Origin: Campylobacterota bacterium | GTDB lineage: Bacteria; Campylobacterota; Campylobacteria; Campylobacterales; Sulfurovaceae | NCBI GenBank assembly: GCA_011048515.1 | Contig: DSDW01000134.1 | Span: forward strand, 9,496-73,495 | Reading direction: 5' to 3' | Length of the DNA: 64,000 nucleotides | Shown: positions 46,595 to 56,116 of the stretch, piece after piece | Numbering within the stretch: position 1 is the stretch's first letter | Layout: each line of letters begins with the position of its first letter | Translations under genes and position numbers: made by a program | Notes under the pieces: model-generated | Databases searched by the model: none | The model's input: the letters and a program-made list of their open reading frames with translations, nothing else | Told to the model about the DNA's origin: nothing

Positions 46595-49056
46595 TGGAAA
46601 ACATGTACAACCTCAATATCGAACGTGCGGTCCTCTCTGCGATCATCTTCGACCCGGAGATCTACGAAGAGGTCGCTGCCAAGCTAAAGCCGCATGACTT
46701 TTATCTCCCCTTCCATCAGCACCTATTTGCTGCGATGGAAGAGCTTTCGCACGAAGAGAAGCCGATCGATGAAGAGTTTTTGCGCAGCAAACTGAAAAAC
46801 AAAGGGAAGTTCGACGAAGTTGCGATGCTCGACCTGCTCTCGGTCAACCCTATCTCAAATACCGGAGCCTATCTTGCGGAGATCAAGGCAAAGTCCAGTA
46901 AGCGCGCACTTGCGACACTGGCTACGGAGATCAGAAAACGAACGATCGAAGATGACCTGCCTGCCGATGAGGTGATGAACCTCGTAGAAAAGAAGCTCTA
47001 TGAGATCACACAGAACAGCAGTAACGAGGATTTCCGGGAATCCAATGAAATTACTCTCTCTATGCTCGAGGAGATCAACCGCCTCAAGGCGATGGGCAAC
47101 TCCAAGCTGATCGGTACGGATACGGGATTTAAAAACCTCAATGATAAAACCTCGGGATTCGGAAAAGGGGACCTCGTCATTGTCGCTGCGAGGCCGGCGA
47201 TGGGGAAATGTCTGGGCAAAGGCACAAAAGTGCTGATGTATGATGGTTCGTTGAAAAATGTGGAAGATGTTGTGGTGGGGGATAAACTGATGGGGGATGA
47301 CTCTACGCCTCGCAATGTACTTTCTCTGGCCCGTGGACGAGAAGAGATGTATTGGGTCAGACAAAACAAAGGGGTGGACTACCGCGTCAATAAATCACAT
47401 ATCCTCTCTTTGAAACGTTCGCGCAACGAAGGCAGACATAAACATGGGGATGTGCTAAATATCGAAGTTTCAGACTACATTGAAAAGAGTGACAAGTTCA
47501 AAACAAACTACAAAGGATACAAAGTCAGTGTAGAGTTCGATGCAAAACCTTTGGAGATCGAACCCTACTTTTTGGGCTTGTGGCTGGGGGATGGCAGAAG
47601 CTCTGATGTGCGTATCGCTACGGAAGATGATGAGGTGGTAGAGTATCTGCAGGAGTATGCTTTTAGATTGGATAAAAAACTTCATCGTTATGAGGTAGAT
47701 GGCAAATGTACCATGTTCGGTATCACTAATATACAAAAAGAGGGTGCTTTGCGTGATGTAAGCCATTCACTGCAAGGAAAGCTCCGAACACTGGGTGTGA
47801 TAGATAACAAACATATTCCTCATGACTATCTCACGGGGAGCAAAGAACAAAGAGAGGCATTGCTTGCGGGATTGATAGATAGTGACGGCTATTATGATGA
47901 TAGATATCATGTGATGGAGATCGTTCAAAAAAATCAAGCACTTGCCCAGCAGATAAAGTTTTTGGCAGACTCTCTTGGTTTTAGAGTCTCTTTGGTGAAG
48001 AAAAAAGCGACCATCAAGTCCATGGGCTATGAGAGTGATGTATTTCGGGTGCGTATCGTAGGGAATTTGGAAACGATACCTACACGGATAGAAAGAAAAA
48101 AAGCAAGAGCATTGGCATCCAAAAGAGACCATCGTCATACCGGGATCAAAGTAGAATTTGATAAAGTAGATGACTATTATGGTTTTGTGTTGGATGGCAA
48201 CCATCTTTTTTTGCTGGAAGATATGACAGTGACGCACAACACGGCTTTCGTCCTCAATATAGCACTCAAAGCGATCGAACGGGACGAAGGGGTGGCATTT
48301 TTCTCACTGGAGATGCCTGCGGAGCAGCTGATGCTCAGAATGCTCTCTGCCAAGACCTCCATTCCCCTGCAGTCGCTCAGAGTGGGTGATCTGACCGATG
48401 AACAGTGGTCACAGCTCTCGGCAGCGACCGATGATATCTCCAAAAAGAGGCTTTTTGTGGATGACGGGGGACATGCGACGATCCATCAGGTAAGAAGCAA
48501 ATTGCGCAAGCTCAAGTCCAGGCACCCTGAGATCTCGATAGCGATCATCGACTACCTGCAGCTGATGAGCGGCGACGGGAAGGAAGGAAGACAGCAGGAG
48601 GTTTCCGAGATCTCAAGGGGGCTGAAACAGCTTGCCAGAGAACTGCAGATCCCGATCGTGGCACTTTCCCAGCTCAACCGCGGACTGGAGGCAAGGGAAA
48701 ACAAACGGCCGATGCTCTCCGACCTCCGTGAATCCGGGGCGATAGAACAGGATGCGGATATCATTCTCTTTGTCTACCGTGATGATGTCTACCGGGAAGC
48801 CAAAGAGAAAGAGAAAGAGATGAAGGCGAAAGCCGAAGGCAAGGAGTACAGTTCGGAGTTCAAAAAGAAGTCCGAAGAGGAGGCGGAGATCATCATCGGG
48901 AAACAGAGGAACGGTCCGACGGGTACGGTGGATCTGCTCTTTCAGAAAAGATTTACACGCTTTGTGGATGCCTCACACTCTCCGGCCTTTGAAGTGGTCT
49001 ATGAAGAGGGGAATATCCCGATGAATGAAGGGAATATCGAACTACCGAGGATCTAG
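46594..49056 (+). CDS. dnaB: replicative DNA helicase with intein
   Basis: IERAVLSA, ARPAMGK|intein|TAF, FSLEM, IDYLQL, SQLNR, DLRESGAIEQDAD, KQRNGPTG. Confidence 0.97.
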   Translation: MENMYNLNIERAVLSAIIFDPEIYEEVAAKLKPHDFYLPFHQHLFAAMEELSHEEKPIDEEFLRSKLKNKGKFDEVAMLDLLSVNPISNTGAYLAEIKAKSSKRALATLATEIRKRTIEDDLPADEVMNLVEKKLYEITQNSSNEDFRESNEITLSMLEEINRLKAMGNSKLIGTDTGFKNLNDKTSGFGKGDLVIVAARPAMGKCLGKGTKVLMYDGSLKNVEDVVVGDKLMGDDSTPRNVLSLARGREEMYWVRQNKGVDYRVNKSHILSLKRSRNEGRHKHGDVLNIEVSDYIEKSDKFKTNYKGYKVSVEFDAKPLEIEPYFLGLWLGDGRSSDVRIATEDDEVVEYLQEYAFRLDKKLHRYEVDGKCTMFGITNIQKEGALRDVSHSLQGKLRTLGVIDNKHIPHDYLTGSKEQREALLAGLIDSDGYYDDRYHVMEIVQKNQALAQQIKFLADSLGFRVSLVKKKATIKSMGYESDVFRVRIVGNLETIPTRIERKKARALASKRDHRHTGIKVEFDKVDDYYGFVLDGNHLFLLEDMTVTHNTAFVLNIALKAIERDEGVAFFSLEMPAEQLMLRMLSAKTSIPLQSLRVGDLTDEQWSQLSAATDDISKKRLFVDDGGHATIHQVRSKLRKLKSRHPEISIAIIDYLQLMSGDGKEGRQQEVSEISRGLKQLARELQIPIVALSQLNRGLEARENKRPMLSDLRESGAIEQDADIILFVYRDDVYREAKEKEKEMKAKAEGKEYSSEFKKKSEEEAEIIIGKQRNGPTGTVDLLFQKRFTRFVDASHSPAFEVVYEEGNIPMNEGNIELPRI
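47209..48240 (+). mobile_element. intein with LAGLIDADG homing endonuclease (344 aa) in the DnaB Walker A motif
   Basis: Starts CLGKGT, block B VNKSH, endonuclease blocks FLGLWLGDG and LLAGLIDSDG, ends VTHN followed by +1 Thr. Confidence 0.95.
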
Positions 49057-49092
49057 CCCTCACAAAGTAAAGCATTCTGAAAGGGGAAGAGG

Positions 49093-50358
49093 ATGCAACT
49101 ACAAAAACCACAGCTTTTTGCTGATAGAAAAAGTCTGGCCTGGGTACTGTTGTTCTTTGTGATGATCCTGCTTATCCGGCTCTTTGTGCACTATCAGGAG
49201 TATCTCTCCTTCGTCTCTAAACCTTTTTACTACACCTATGCGGATGTGATCAGCGAAAAGAGCAAGTACTCCCGCGGGAAAAGTTACAAGGTATTGAAAC
49301 TTCATGCGGAGAACAGGCTGCGCTTTATCACCACTTCCTACAGCAAAGACTCCTACGCAAATAGACGGCTGCGTCTTCAGCTCTTTCCTGATGAGAAGAT
49401 CGGTTTCCGGGGATATATGGGCACTTTTTTTGTCAAATCGCGTATCAAAGAGGTGCAATCCGTACAAAGCGGATACAAGGAGAGGTTGCTGGCAAAGGTG
49501 ACGGAACAGCACAATTCTGAGACGCTTGGCTCGTTTTATAATGCGATCTTCTTTGCCACCCCGCTGCCCGATACTTTGAGGGTACAGATCAGCAAACTGG
49601 GCGTGAGCCACCTGATCGCATTGAGCGGCTTTCACCTGGGGATACTCTGGGGAATCATATACGGGCTGATAAAGATCGCCTACACCCCATTGCAGCAGAG
49701 ATATTTTCCCTATCGCTTTATCCTCATCGATGTGGGAATGGTAACATTGATCGTTTTGGGAATCTATCTCTGGTTTGTGGGATTCCCGCCCTCGCTGGTA
49801 CGCTCCTATGCGATGCTTCTGGCAGGATGGGGTGTCTTGGTTGCAGGGATGGAGCTGCTGAGCTTTGCTTTTCTCTTTACTGTGGCAGGGATGCTGCTGG
49901 CACTCTTCCCCTCGCTCCTCTTCTCCCTGGGGTTTTGGCTCTCCGTCTCAGGCGTATTTGCCATCTTTCTGCTCTTGAAATATGCGCAGCATATCGACAA
50001 ACGTATCCAGGCGCTGCTGATCATACCGGTGGGGATCTTTGTGTTGATGCTTCCCGTGGTGCACGGCATCTTCGGGGTGACGACACCCTATCAGCTGCTC
50101 TCGCCGCTCTTGTCCCTGCTCTTTATCCCCTTTTATCCTTTGGCGATGGTGCTGCACCTTGTGGGGTATGGCGGGGTATTTGACGGGGTGCTGCTGAAAC
50201 TCTTTGCCCTCCCCGCAGAGGCCGAGAACCATCTTCTGCCTGCAGGAATGATGTACGGGTATATCGTTCTAGCGCTTTTGTCGATCAGGTACAGGCCGGC
50301 CTTTGTGCTGCTGGCAGGTGCGGCATCCTCTTATGCGCTTTATCTCTTTCTGCTATAG
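49093..50358 (+). CDS. comEC: ComEC/Rec2 family competence protein
   Basis: LGVSHLIALSGFHL, PSLVRS, LGFWLS. Confidence 0.88.
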   Translation: MQLQKPQLFADRKSLAWVLLFFVMILLIRLFVHYQEYLSFVSKPFYYTYADVISEKSKYSRGKSYKVLKLHAENRLRFITTSYSKDSYANRRLRLQLFPDEKIGFRGYMGTFFVKSRIKEVQSVQSGYKERLLAKVTEQHNSETLGSFYNAIFFATPLPDTLRVQISKLGVSHLIALSGFHLGILWGIIYGLIKIAYTPLQQRYFPYRFILIDVGMVTLIVLGIYLWFVGFPPSLVRSYAMLLAGWGVLVAGMELLSFAFLFTVAGMLLALFPSLLFSLGFWLSVSGVFAIFLLLKYAQHIDKRIQALLIIPVGIFVLMLPVVHGIFGVTTPYQLLSPLLSLLFIPFYPLAMVLHLVGYGGVFDGVLLKLFALPAEAENHLLPAGMMYGYIVLALLSIRYRPAFVLLAGAASSYALYLFLL

Positions 50359-50367
50359 AGGAACCCT

Positions 50368-51183
50368 TTAGATATGTTCGATCTCCTCCTCTTTGTTCAG
50401 CAGGTCACAGAACTTGAGCCCATGCAGGAAGATCATCCAGGAGACATAGATCCACAAAAAGAAGAAGAGGAGCGTGGAGACGGAGCCGTAGATGTTCATA
50501 TAGGTTTTGTTGTGGAGGATATAGTAGATAAAGCCGTTTTTGGAGAGGTTCCACACAAGCGAAGTGATAAAAGAGCTGATGAGTGCGGATGATACGGAGA
50601 CCCTGGTGTTTGCAGAGAACTGGAACAACAGGTAAAACACCATCCACACGATCAGAAAAGGGACAAAGTAGAGCAGCTGAATACTGCTGGTGATACTGAA
50701 GCGGTTCAAATAGAGCTGCATCGTTGCAGAGAGGTAAAAAGAAATCCCCATCATCAAAGGAATGACGAGAAGAAGGAGGCCGTAGGTTTTGAGTGCATTG
50801 AAGACCCCGCGGTTTGGCACACCGAAGATATCATTGACGATATAGTCATAGTTTTTGAAAAAGAGTATCGCTGCTACTGTGACATAGAGCACGCCGATAT
50901 ATCCGAGTTTGTAGGAGTTCTCCATAAAGGTATTGATGTAGTCTATTACCTCCTTTGAGTATGTGGGCAGGAGGTTGCGGAAGATCAGATCTTTGATCTG
51001 GACTTGTATCTCCTCAAAGGCAGGCAGAGTGGTAAAGACCCACAGTATAATGACCATCAATGGAATGATGGAGAAGAGCGTACTCCAGCTGAGGCTTGAA
51101 GCGTAGTGGCCGATCTTGTCATCAAAAAGCTCGCTGATGAAGTCCCGTAGGAAGATATAGTAGTGTCGCAAAAGGGATCTCAT
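50368..51183 (-). CDS. YihY/virulence factor BrkB family membrane protein
   Basis: ASSLSWSTLFSIIPL, YMNIYGSVSTLLFFFLWIY. Confidence 0.88.
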   Translation of the reverse strand: MRSLLRHYYIFLRDFISELFDDKIGHYASSLSWSTLFSIIPLMVIILWVFTTLPAFEEIQVQIKDLIFRNLLPTYSKEVIDYINTFMENSYKLGYIGVLYVTVAAILFFKNYDYIVNDIFGVPNRGVFNALKTYGLLLLVIPLMMGISFYLSATMQLYLNRFSITSSIQLLYFVPFLIVWMVFYLLFQFSANTRVSVSSALISSFITSLVWNLSKNGFIYYILHNKTYMNIYGSVSTLLFFFLWIYVSWMIFLHGLKFCDLLNKEEEIEHI

Positions 51184-51200
51184 CGGGGATCCCTTGTTTT

Positions 51201-51340
51201 AGTGAATAGTGAATAGTGAGGAGTGAAGAGTGTCGGTATGCACTGCTTTGTAGTGCCTTTAGTAAATAAAAGAGAAACAAAGCTCATTTTCAAAAACTCC
51301 TCTTCATTAATCGCTAATTTCTAACACTTCACTCCTCGCT
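51201..51340. mobile_element. empty heptamer-array element
   Basis: AGTGAAT AGTGAAT AGTGAGG AGTGAAG AGT-GTCGGTATGC plus hairpin; degenerate inverse end CACTTCACTCCTCGCT. Confidence 0.65.
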
Positions 51341-51364
51341 TTAAAAAGGCAAATGCCTTTTTAA
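51341..51364 (-). terminator. perfect hairpin overlapping the glcD-like stop codon
   Basis: TTAAAAAGGC-AAAT-GCCTTTTTAA. Confidence 0.6.
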
Positions 51365-52749
51365 TTTGGCAGTCCCATTTTCCCCGGATTGAGGATATTG
51401 TTGGGGTCAAATGCCTGTTTGAGGTCTCTGAAGAGTTGTATCTCCTCTTCGTTGAAGGCGATATTCATAAACGGTGCCTTGGCTGTTCCGATACCGTGTT
51501 CGCCGCTGAGCGTACCGCCCATCTCCACCACCAGTTCGAATATCTCTTCGATACAGTGGTGCCCCTCTTCAAGCTGCTTTGGATCGCTCCCGTCCACCAT
51601 GACGTTGACATGGATATTGCCATCCCCGGCATGTCCGAAGCAGGGTACTTTGAACCCATACTTCCTGCCGATCTCATAGATACGTTTCAGTGCTTCAGGC
51701 AGCATACTTCTTGGCACCGAGATATCCTCATTGAGCTTTTTGCTGCCGTATATGGTGATTACCGGGGAAGCGTTGCGTCTGGCAACCCAAAGCCGGTCTC
51801 TCTCTTCGGCAGTGTGCGCTACGATGAAATCCTGCGCGCCGTTCTCTTTGAAGGATTTTTCCAGGGTTGCAAGCTGGAACTCCACCTCCTCAGGGACATT
51901 CCCGTCCACATCGCCGATCAGCAGGCCGCCCGCATCTTCAGGCAGTTCGATACCGAGTTTCTCCTTCAGCGCCTGTACCACCAGGTCATCCATGAACTCC
52001 ATCGCTACGGGGTTTGCGCCTGAAGCAAGTGACTTGAAGACCGCGTTCATCGCATCTTCAACGGAAGGGAAGATGCCCATATAGGCTTTGGTATATTTGG
52101 GTTTTGGGATCAGTTTGAGCGTGATCTCCGTGATGACAGCCAAAGTTCCTTCGCTCGCGATCAGGATGCCAGCGATGTTATATCCCGCCACATCTTTGAT
52201 CGTACGTTTCCCCGCACGGATGATGTCTCCGTTCGGACGTACGGCTCTGAGTGCCATCACATAGTCTTTGGTAATCCCGTACTTGGCCGCACGCATACCT
52301 CCGGCATTTTCGCTGACATTTCCGCCAAGCGTCGAGTAGGCTTCGCTGGCAGGATCCGGCGGATAGAAAAGTCCTACCGCTTCTGCTGCTTTTTGCAGAT
52401 CCATATTGACCACGCCGGGCTGGACGACGGCAACCATGTTCTCCATATCGATCTCGAGGATCTTGTTCATATGTTTTTCCATCGCCAGGGTGATCCCGCC
52501 GTTTGTCGGAAGCGCTCCCCCGGTAAAGCCCGAGCCCGCGCCGCGCGGAGTGATCACAATCTTGTGCTCATTGCAATAGGACAGGATGTGGCTGACATCC
52601 TCCTCATTGCGGGGAAATACTACCGCATCGGGTTCGAAACGTGTACGCGTCGCATCGTACGAGTAAGCGATAAGATGGGCTTTGTCAGAGTAGACATTTT
52701 CCTTGCCTACCATCTCTTCGAAAGCTTTGATATGTTTTGCGTCTAGCAT
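51361..52749 (-). CDS. glcD: FAD-linked oxidase, GlcD-like (glycolate/D-lactate dehydrogenase subunit)
   Basis: PRGAGSGFTGG, PPDPAS, GGNVSENAGG, GHAGDGNIH, GEHGIG, NILNPGK. Confidence 0.85.
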   Translation of the reverse strand: MLDAKHIKAFEEMVGKENVYSDKAHLIAYSYDATRTRFEPDAVVFPRNEEDVSHILSYCNEHKIVITPRGAGSGFTGGALPTNGGITLAMEKHMNKILEIDMENMVAVVQPGVVNMDLQKAAEAVGLFYPPDPASEAYSTLGGNVSENAGGMRAAKYGITKDYVMALRAVRPNGDIIRAGKRTIKDVAGYNIAGILIASEGTLAVITEITLKLIPKPKYTKAYMGIFPSVEDAMNAVFKSLASGANPVAMEFMDDLVVQALKEKLGIELPEDAGGLLIGDVDGNVPEEVEFQLATLEKSFKENGAQDFIVAHTAEERDRLWVARRNASPVITIYGSKKLNEDISVPRSMLPEALKRIYEIGRKYGFKVPCFGHAGDGNIHVNVMVDGSDPKQLEEGHHCIEEIFELVVEMGGTLSGEHGIGTAKAPFMNIAFNEEEIQLFRDLKQAFDPNNILNPGKMGLPN

Positions 52750-52846
52750 AAAACTCCTTTTTAAACTCTATCGATCAATTGACTGATTGGTTGATAAGTG
52801 GTTGCATTACCCGATTCGCTCATGGTGACGGGTTTGATCCTGGGAC

Positions 52847-53533
52847 CTAAAGCTGTTCCATGGTCCTGTAGTAGTCCTTCACATCATTGTCGGTGTCAAA
52901 CCAGCCGGATTCTATCTTTTCCAGGCGTGAAAAGAAAGGGAATTTGCCTTTTTGAGGCAGATTTTCCATTTTTTTCTGGCTGATGATCTTTTGAGATACA
53001 GGATCCAGAAGTACCGCCGTGCCGCTGCGTACGATCAACACAAGCCCTACCTGATAGGCTTTGGCGAACTCGGAAAGATTTTCCCTGCTTGGTAAGCTCT
53101 CTCCCTCAGTTGAAAGGAAAAGTGCATAAAGATCGGGATGTATCCAGTTTTTACTATATTGCTTGGTGATTTTTGTATAGGTCTCCGCATCAGGGGCCAG
53201 AATCAGTACATTTTGGTACATATATCCGCCAATCACTTTGTCCCCACGCTTTACAGGGGTCTTGATCGTAGGCAGTTTTTTATGATCAATCGCACTGTGG
53301 GCTATCGCTTCTGCCGATCCCTCTTTGCCGGTCTGAACAAGATAGCTTGTGATTGCCTCGGCATTTTTTCCGTAAGGGTGTATCACTACTCCGCTCATGC
53401 CGTCAAGAGGGAAAGCGTTTTGGAGTTTGAGATGCTGTTGATCAACATCCTTTATGGTTGTATGTACGGCAGAAGGGAAAAAATCTGCAAAAAGCGGAAT
53501 GGAAAAAAGCGTAATAAGTGCAAACCTGCGCAT
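52847..53533 (-). CDS. plasminogen-binding N-terminal domain (PgbA-like) exported protein
   Basis: Signal peptide; GMSGVVIH, YQNVLILAP, WIHPDLYA, PFFSR motifs of the Campylobacterota family. Confidence 0.7.
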   Translation of the reverse strand: MRRFALITLFSIPLFADFFPSAVHTTIKDVDQQHLKLQNAFPLDGMSGVVIHPYGKNAEAITSYLVQTGKEGSAEAIAHSAIDHKKLPTIKTPVKRGDKVIGGYMYQNVLILAPDAETYTKITKQYSKNWIHPDLYALFLSTEGESLPSRENLSEFAKAYQVGLVLIVRSGTAVLLDPVSQKIISQKKMENLPQKGKFPFFSRLEKIESGWFDTDNDVKDYYRTMEQL

Positions 53534-53697
53534 AGCGATCCTTTTAATGGATAATATTAGCTTGATTATACAGAGAAAAGAGTAAAAGTTCCATAATCGA
53601 TTGCTGTTATCATTAACATAATTAAGTTATAATGATGGCTGATTAATGAGGACTGGAAGCATGAGAAGAAATAAAATCAAGTGCATGGAGGCGCCCC

Positions 53698-54918
53698 ATG
53701 CCAATGTTTAAAAGTGTTGTGGTGATACTTTTGGCGCTTACCTCTCTTTTCGGTGCGAAAGTGACGCTCCATGACTGGGAAAGAGGGCAGACATTTTCAA
53801 ATTTTCTTGAAGAGCATAATATTCCAAAGAAGTTGCTGGGCCAAATCTCCGATGAGGATCAAAAGTTTCTCACAGAGATACAGAGTGATTCTAAGTATTA
53901 TCAGCTGGTCGGAGCCGATAATACCCTGATACAGGCATTGATCCCTATCAATGAGGAGATGCAGATCCATCTTTACAGGGACAGAGAGAGCGGCGAGTAC
54001 AGTTTTGACATCATTCCCATCGTCTATGAAGAGAATGAGTATTTTGCCAATGTTGAGATAAACTCCAATCCTTACAGCGACACTTTGGAGTGTGTCAAAG
54101 AAGAAAAGATCGCCAAAAGAGTGGGGCAGGCGCTCAAGAATACGATCAATACAAAATCGTTGGCCAAGGGTGATCAGGTTGCCTTTTGTTATAAGCAGCG
54201 TACCCGGCTGGGGGAGATCTGTCATATGCCGAGTATTGAAGTGATCAAGCTTACTACGCGCGGCAAGACGAAGTTCATCTATGCGGATGAAGACGGGGAT
54301 GGCCATCTTGAAGGGGCGCAGCGTACCAGCTTCAGCAAAGAAGGTGATCTTGTCCATCTGGTACCTTTCAGAGACCGATCCAAGAAACTCGGTATGCCCC
54401 TCAGGCATATACGTATTACCTCGTCGTTCAGCTACAGAAGATGGCACCCTATCCTGAAGCGTTATCGTCCCCACCACGGAACAGATTTCGGCGCAAGGAC
54501 AGGGACGCCGCTTTTGGCTGTCTATGAAGGGACGGTAAGTTATGCCGGCTGGATGGGAGGATACGGAAAGGTGGTGAAGATCAGGCACCCCAGAGGCTAT
54601 GAATCCCTCTATGCACATCAAAATCGCATCAGCGTGCGCAGGGGGGAGCGGGTCAAAAAAGGGCAGATCATCGGATATGTGGGCAGTACGGGCAGAAGCA
54701 CAGGACCGCATCTTCATTTCGGGCTTCAAAAAAGCGGAAGATGGGTCGACCCTATGAAGCATCTTCAGCGTACTTCCCTGAACAAGCAGAAGTTTAACAA
54801 GATCGTGATCAAAGATGCCAAAATGCATAAAGAGAAGCTTGTCAGGCTGCTCGATGCAAACAGCAGCACTTATGTCTGGGATGACACCAGCACGCAGAGC
54901 ACAAGGATAGGTGGATAG
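53698..54918 (+). CDS. M23 family peptidase (Csd3-like)
   Basis: RWHPILKRYRPHHGTDFGA, LYAHQ, GRSTGPHLHFG. Confidence 0.92.
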   Translation: MPMFKSVVVILLALTSLFGAKVTLHDWERGQTFSNFLEEHNIPKKLLGQISDEDQKFLTEIQSDSKYYQLVGADNTLIQALIPINEEMQIHLYRDRESGEYSFDIIPIVYEENEYFANVEINSNPYSDTLECVKEEKIAKRVGQALKNTINTKSLAKGDQVAFCYKQRTRLGEICHMPSIEVIKLTTRGKTKFIYADEDGDGHLEGAQRTSFSKEGDLVHLVPFRDRSKKLGMPLRHIRITSSFSYRRWHPILKRYRPHHGTDFGARTGTPLLAVYEGTVSYAGWMGGYGKVVKIRHPRGYESLYAHQNRISVRRGERVKKGQIIGYVGSTGRSTGPHLHFGLQKSGRWVDPMKHLQRTSLNKQKFNKIVIKDAKMHKEKLVRLLDANSSTYVWDDTSTQSTRIGG

Positions 54919-54922
54919 AGGC

Positions 54923-55501
54923 ATGAAAAACGAGATCAAGTCTTTTCAGCTTCATCCACTTGAAGATCCGAAGTTCATCACCGCCTCTCTTGCTACCTAT
55001 CAGCAAAACGGTGTTGCAAAGAGCTGGGAGATCGTAGAGGCGCACGACAGCGTTGCGATCCTGATCTACCACACAACAAAAGATGCGTTTGTGCTGGTAC
55101 GGCAGTTCAGGCCGGCGGTCTATATCAACAATCTTGACGGACTCACGATCGAGCTCTGTGCAGGTATCGTGGATAAAAATCTTTCGTTGCTGCATATCGC
55201 ATCGGAGGAGATAGAAGAGGAGTGCGGTTACCGTATAGACGTGAACCAGCTGGAAAAGATCACCTCTTTTTACACTTCAGTGGGCTTTGCAGGCAGCAAG
55301 CAGATGCTCTACTATACAGAGGTGGACGAAAGCATAAAAGTCTCCGAAGGCGGAGGCGTGGATGATGAACAGATCGAAGTGGTCTATCTGCCGGTTTCAG
55401 AAGCCAACGCTTTTATCTATGATGAAAAAGTGGCAAAAACACCGGGGTTGATTTTTGCCTTTATGTGGTGGTTTGGGAATAAATTGGAAATTAGAAATTA
55501 A
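54923..55501 (+). CDS. NUDIX hydrolase (nucleoside diphosphate-sugar pyrophosphatase, NudF/NudK-like)
   Basis: LVRQFRPAV, ELCAGIVD...EEIEEECG Nudix box. Confidence 0.88.
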   Translation: MKNEIKSFQLHPLEDPKFITASLATYQQNGVAKSWEIVEAHDSVAILIYHTTKDAFVLVRQFRPAVYINNLDGLTIELCAGIVDKNLSLLHIASEEIEEECGYRIDVNQLEKITSFYTSVGFAGSKQMLYYTEVDESIKVSEGGGVDDEQIEVVYLPVSEANAFIYDEKVAKTPGLIFAFMWWFGNKLEIRN

Positions 55502-55577
55502 AAATTTTGGGCATTTCTTCAGGTTAAAGAGTAAAGAAGTGGGAATAAAAAATACTCCTAACTCCCCTAACTCTACT
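55482..55577. repeat. degenerate heptamer-array element at a convergent junction
   Basis: AATTGGA AATTAGA AATTAAA AAT (contains the Nudix stop) and ACTCCTA ACTCCCC TAACTCT ACT (contains the globin stop). Confidence 0.45.
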
Positions 55578-56058
55578 TGTCCTCTATCGCCTGTGTATAG
55601 GCTGCATAGTAGTGGCTTCCGTCAGTGAAACTGTTGACTGTCAGTTTTGAAAAGGCTTCAAGGTATTCCCAGAAATTATCTTTGAGCTCCTGAGGAATAT
55701 CAGTTTCCCGCAGGGCCGTCTCCATGCATCCCAGCCACTCGTAGCGGCTTTTTTCATAGATGGAAAACTCATCATGCAGGCGGATCATATACTCAGTGAG
55801 ATCCTGCCCCTCCGACTCGGTATGCACCTTCGGTCCGCCGCAGAGCTGGATAAAAAAGCGTGCATTTTTCTCTTTGACCTTTGCGAACTCCTCTTCATCC
55901 TGGGGGAAGAAGTTGGCGATGGCACTCTCATAGATCTCATCGTAAAAACGGTACATCAGGTCTTGCATCCCTTCATACCCCAATGCCTCGTAAAATGCCG
56001 GGTCAGGCATCCTGAAGTGTACGTTCTTGCCTTTGACTACAGGGGTTACATCATACAT
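55573..56058 (-). CDS. truncated hemoglobin (group II-like)
   Basis: YEALG...RFY, FFIQLCGGP, RLH proximal His, WLGCMETAL. Confidence 0.82.
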   Translation of the reverse strand: MYDVTPVVKGKNVHFRMPDPAFYEALGYEGMQDLMYRFYDEIYESAIANFFPQDEEEFAKVKEKNARFFIQLCGGPKVHTESEGQDLTEYMIRLHDEFSIYEKSRYEWLGCMETALRETDIPQELKDNFWEYLEAFSKLTVNSFTDGSHYYAAYTQAIEDK

Positions 56059-56116
56059 TATATTGCTCCGAATGTGAAAAATATCAGTTATTGTATCAAA
56101 TTATCATAAATATAAA

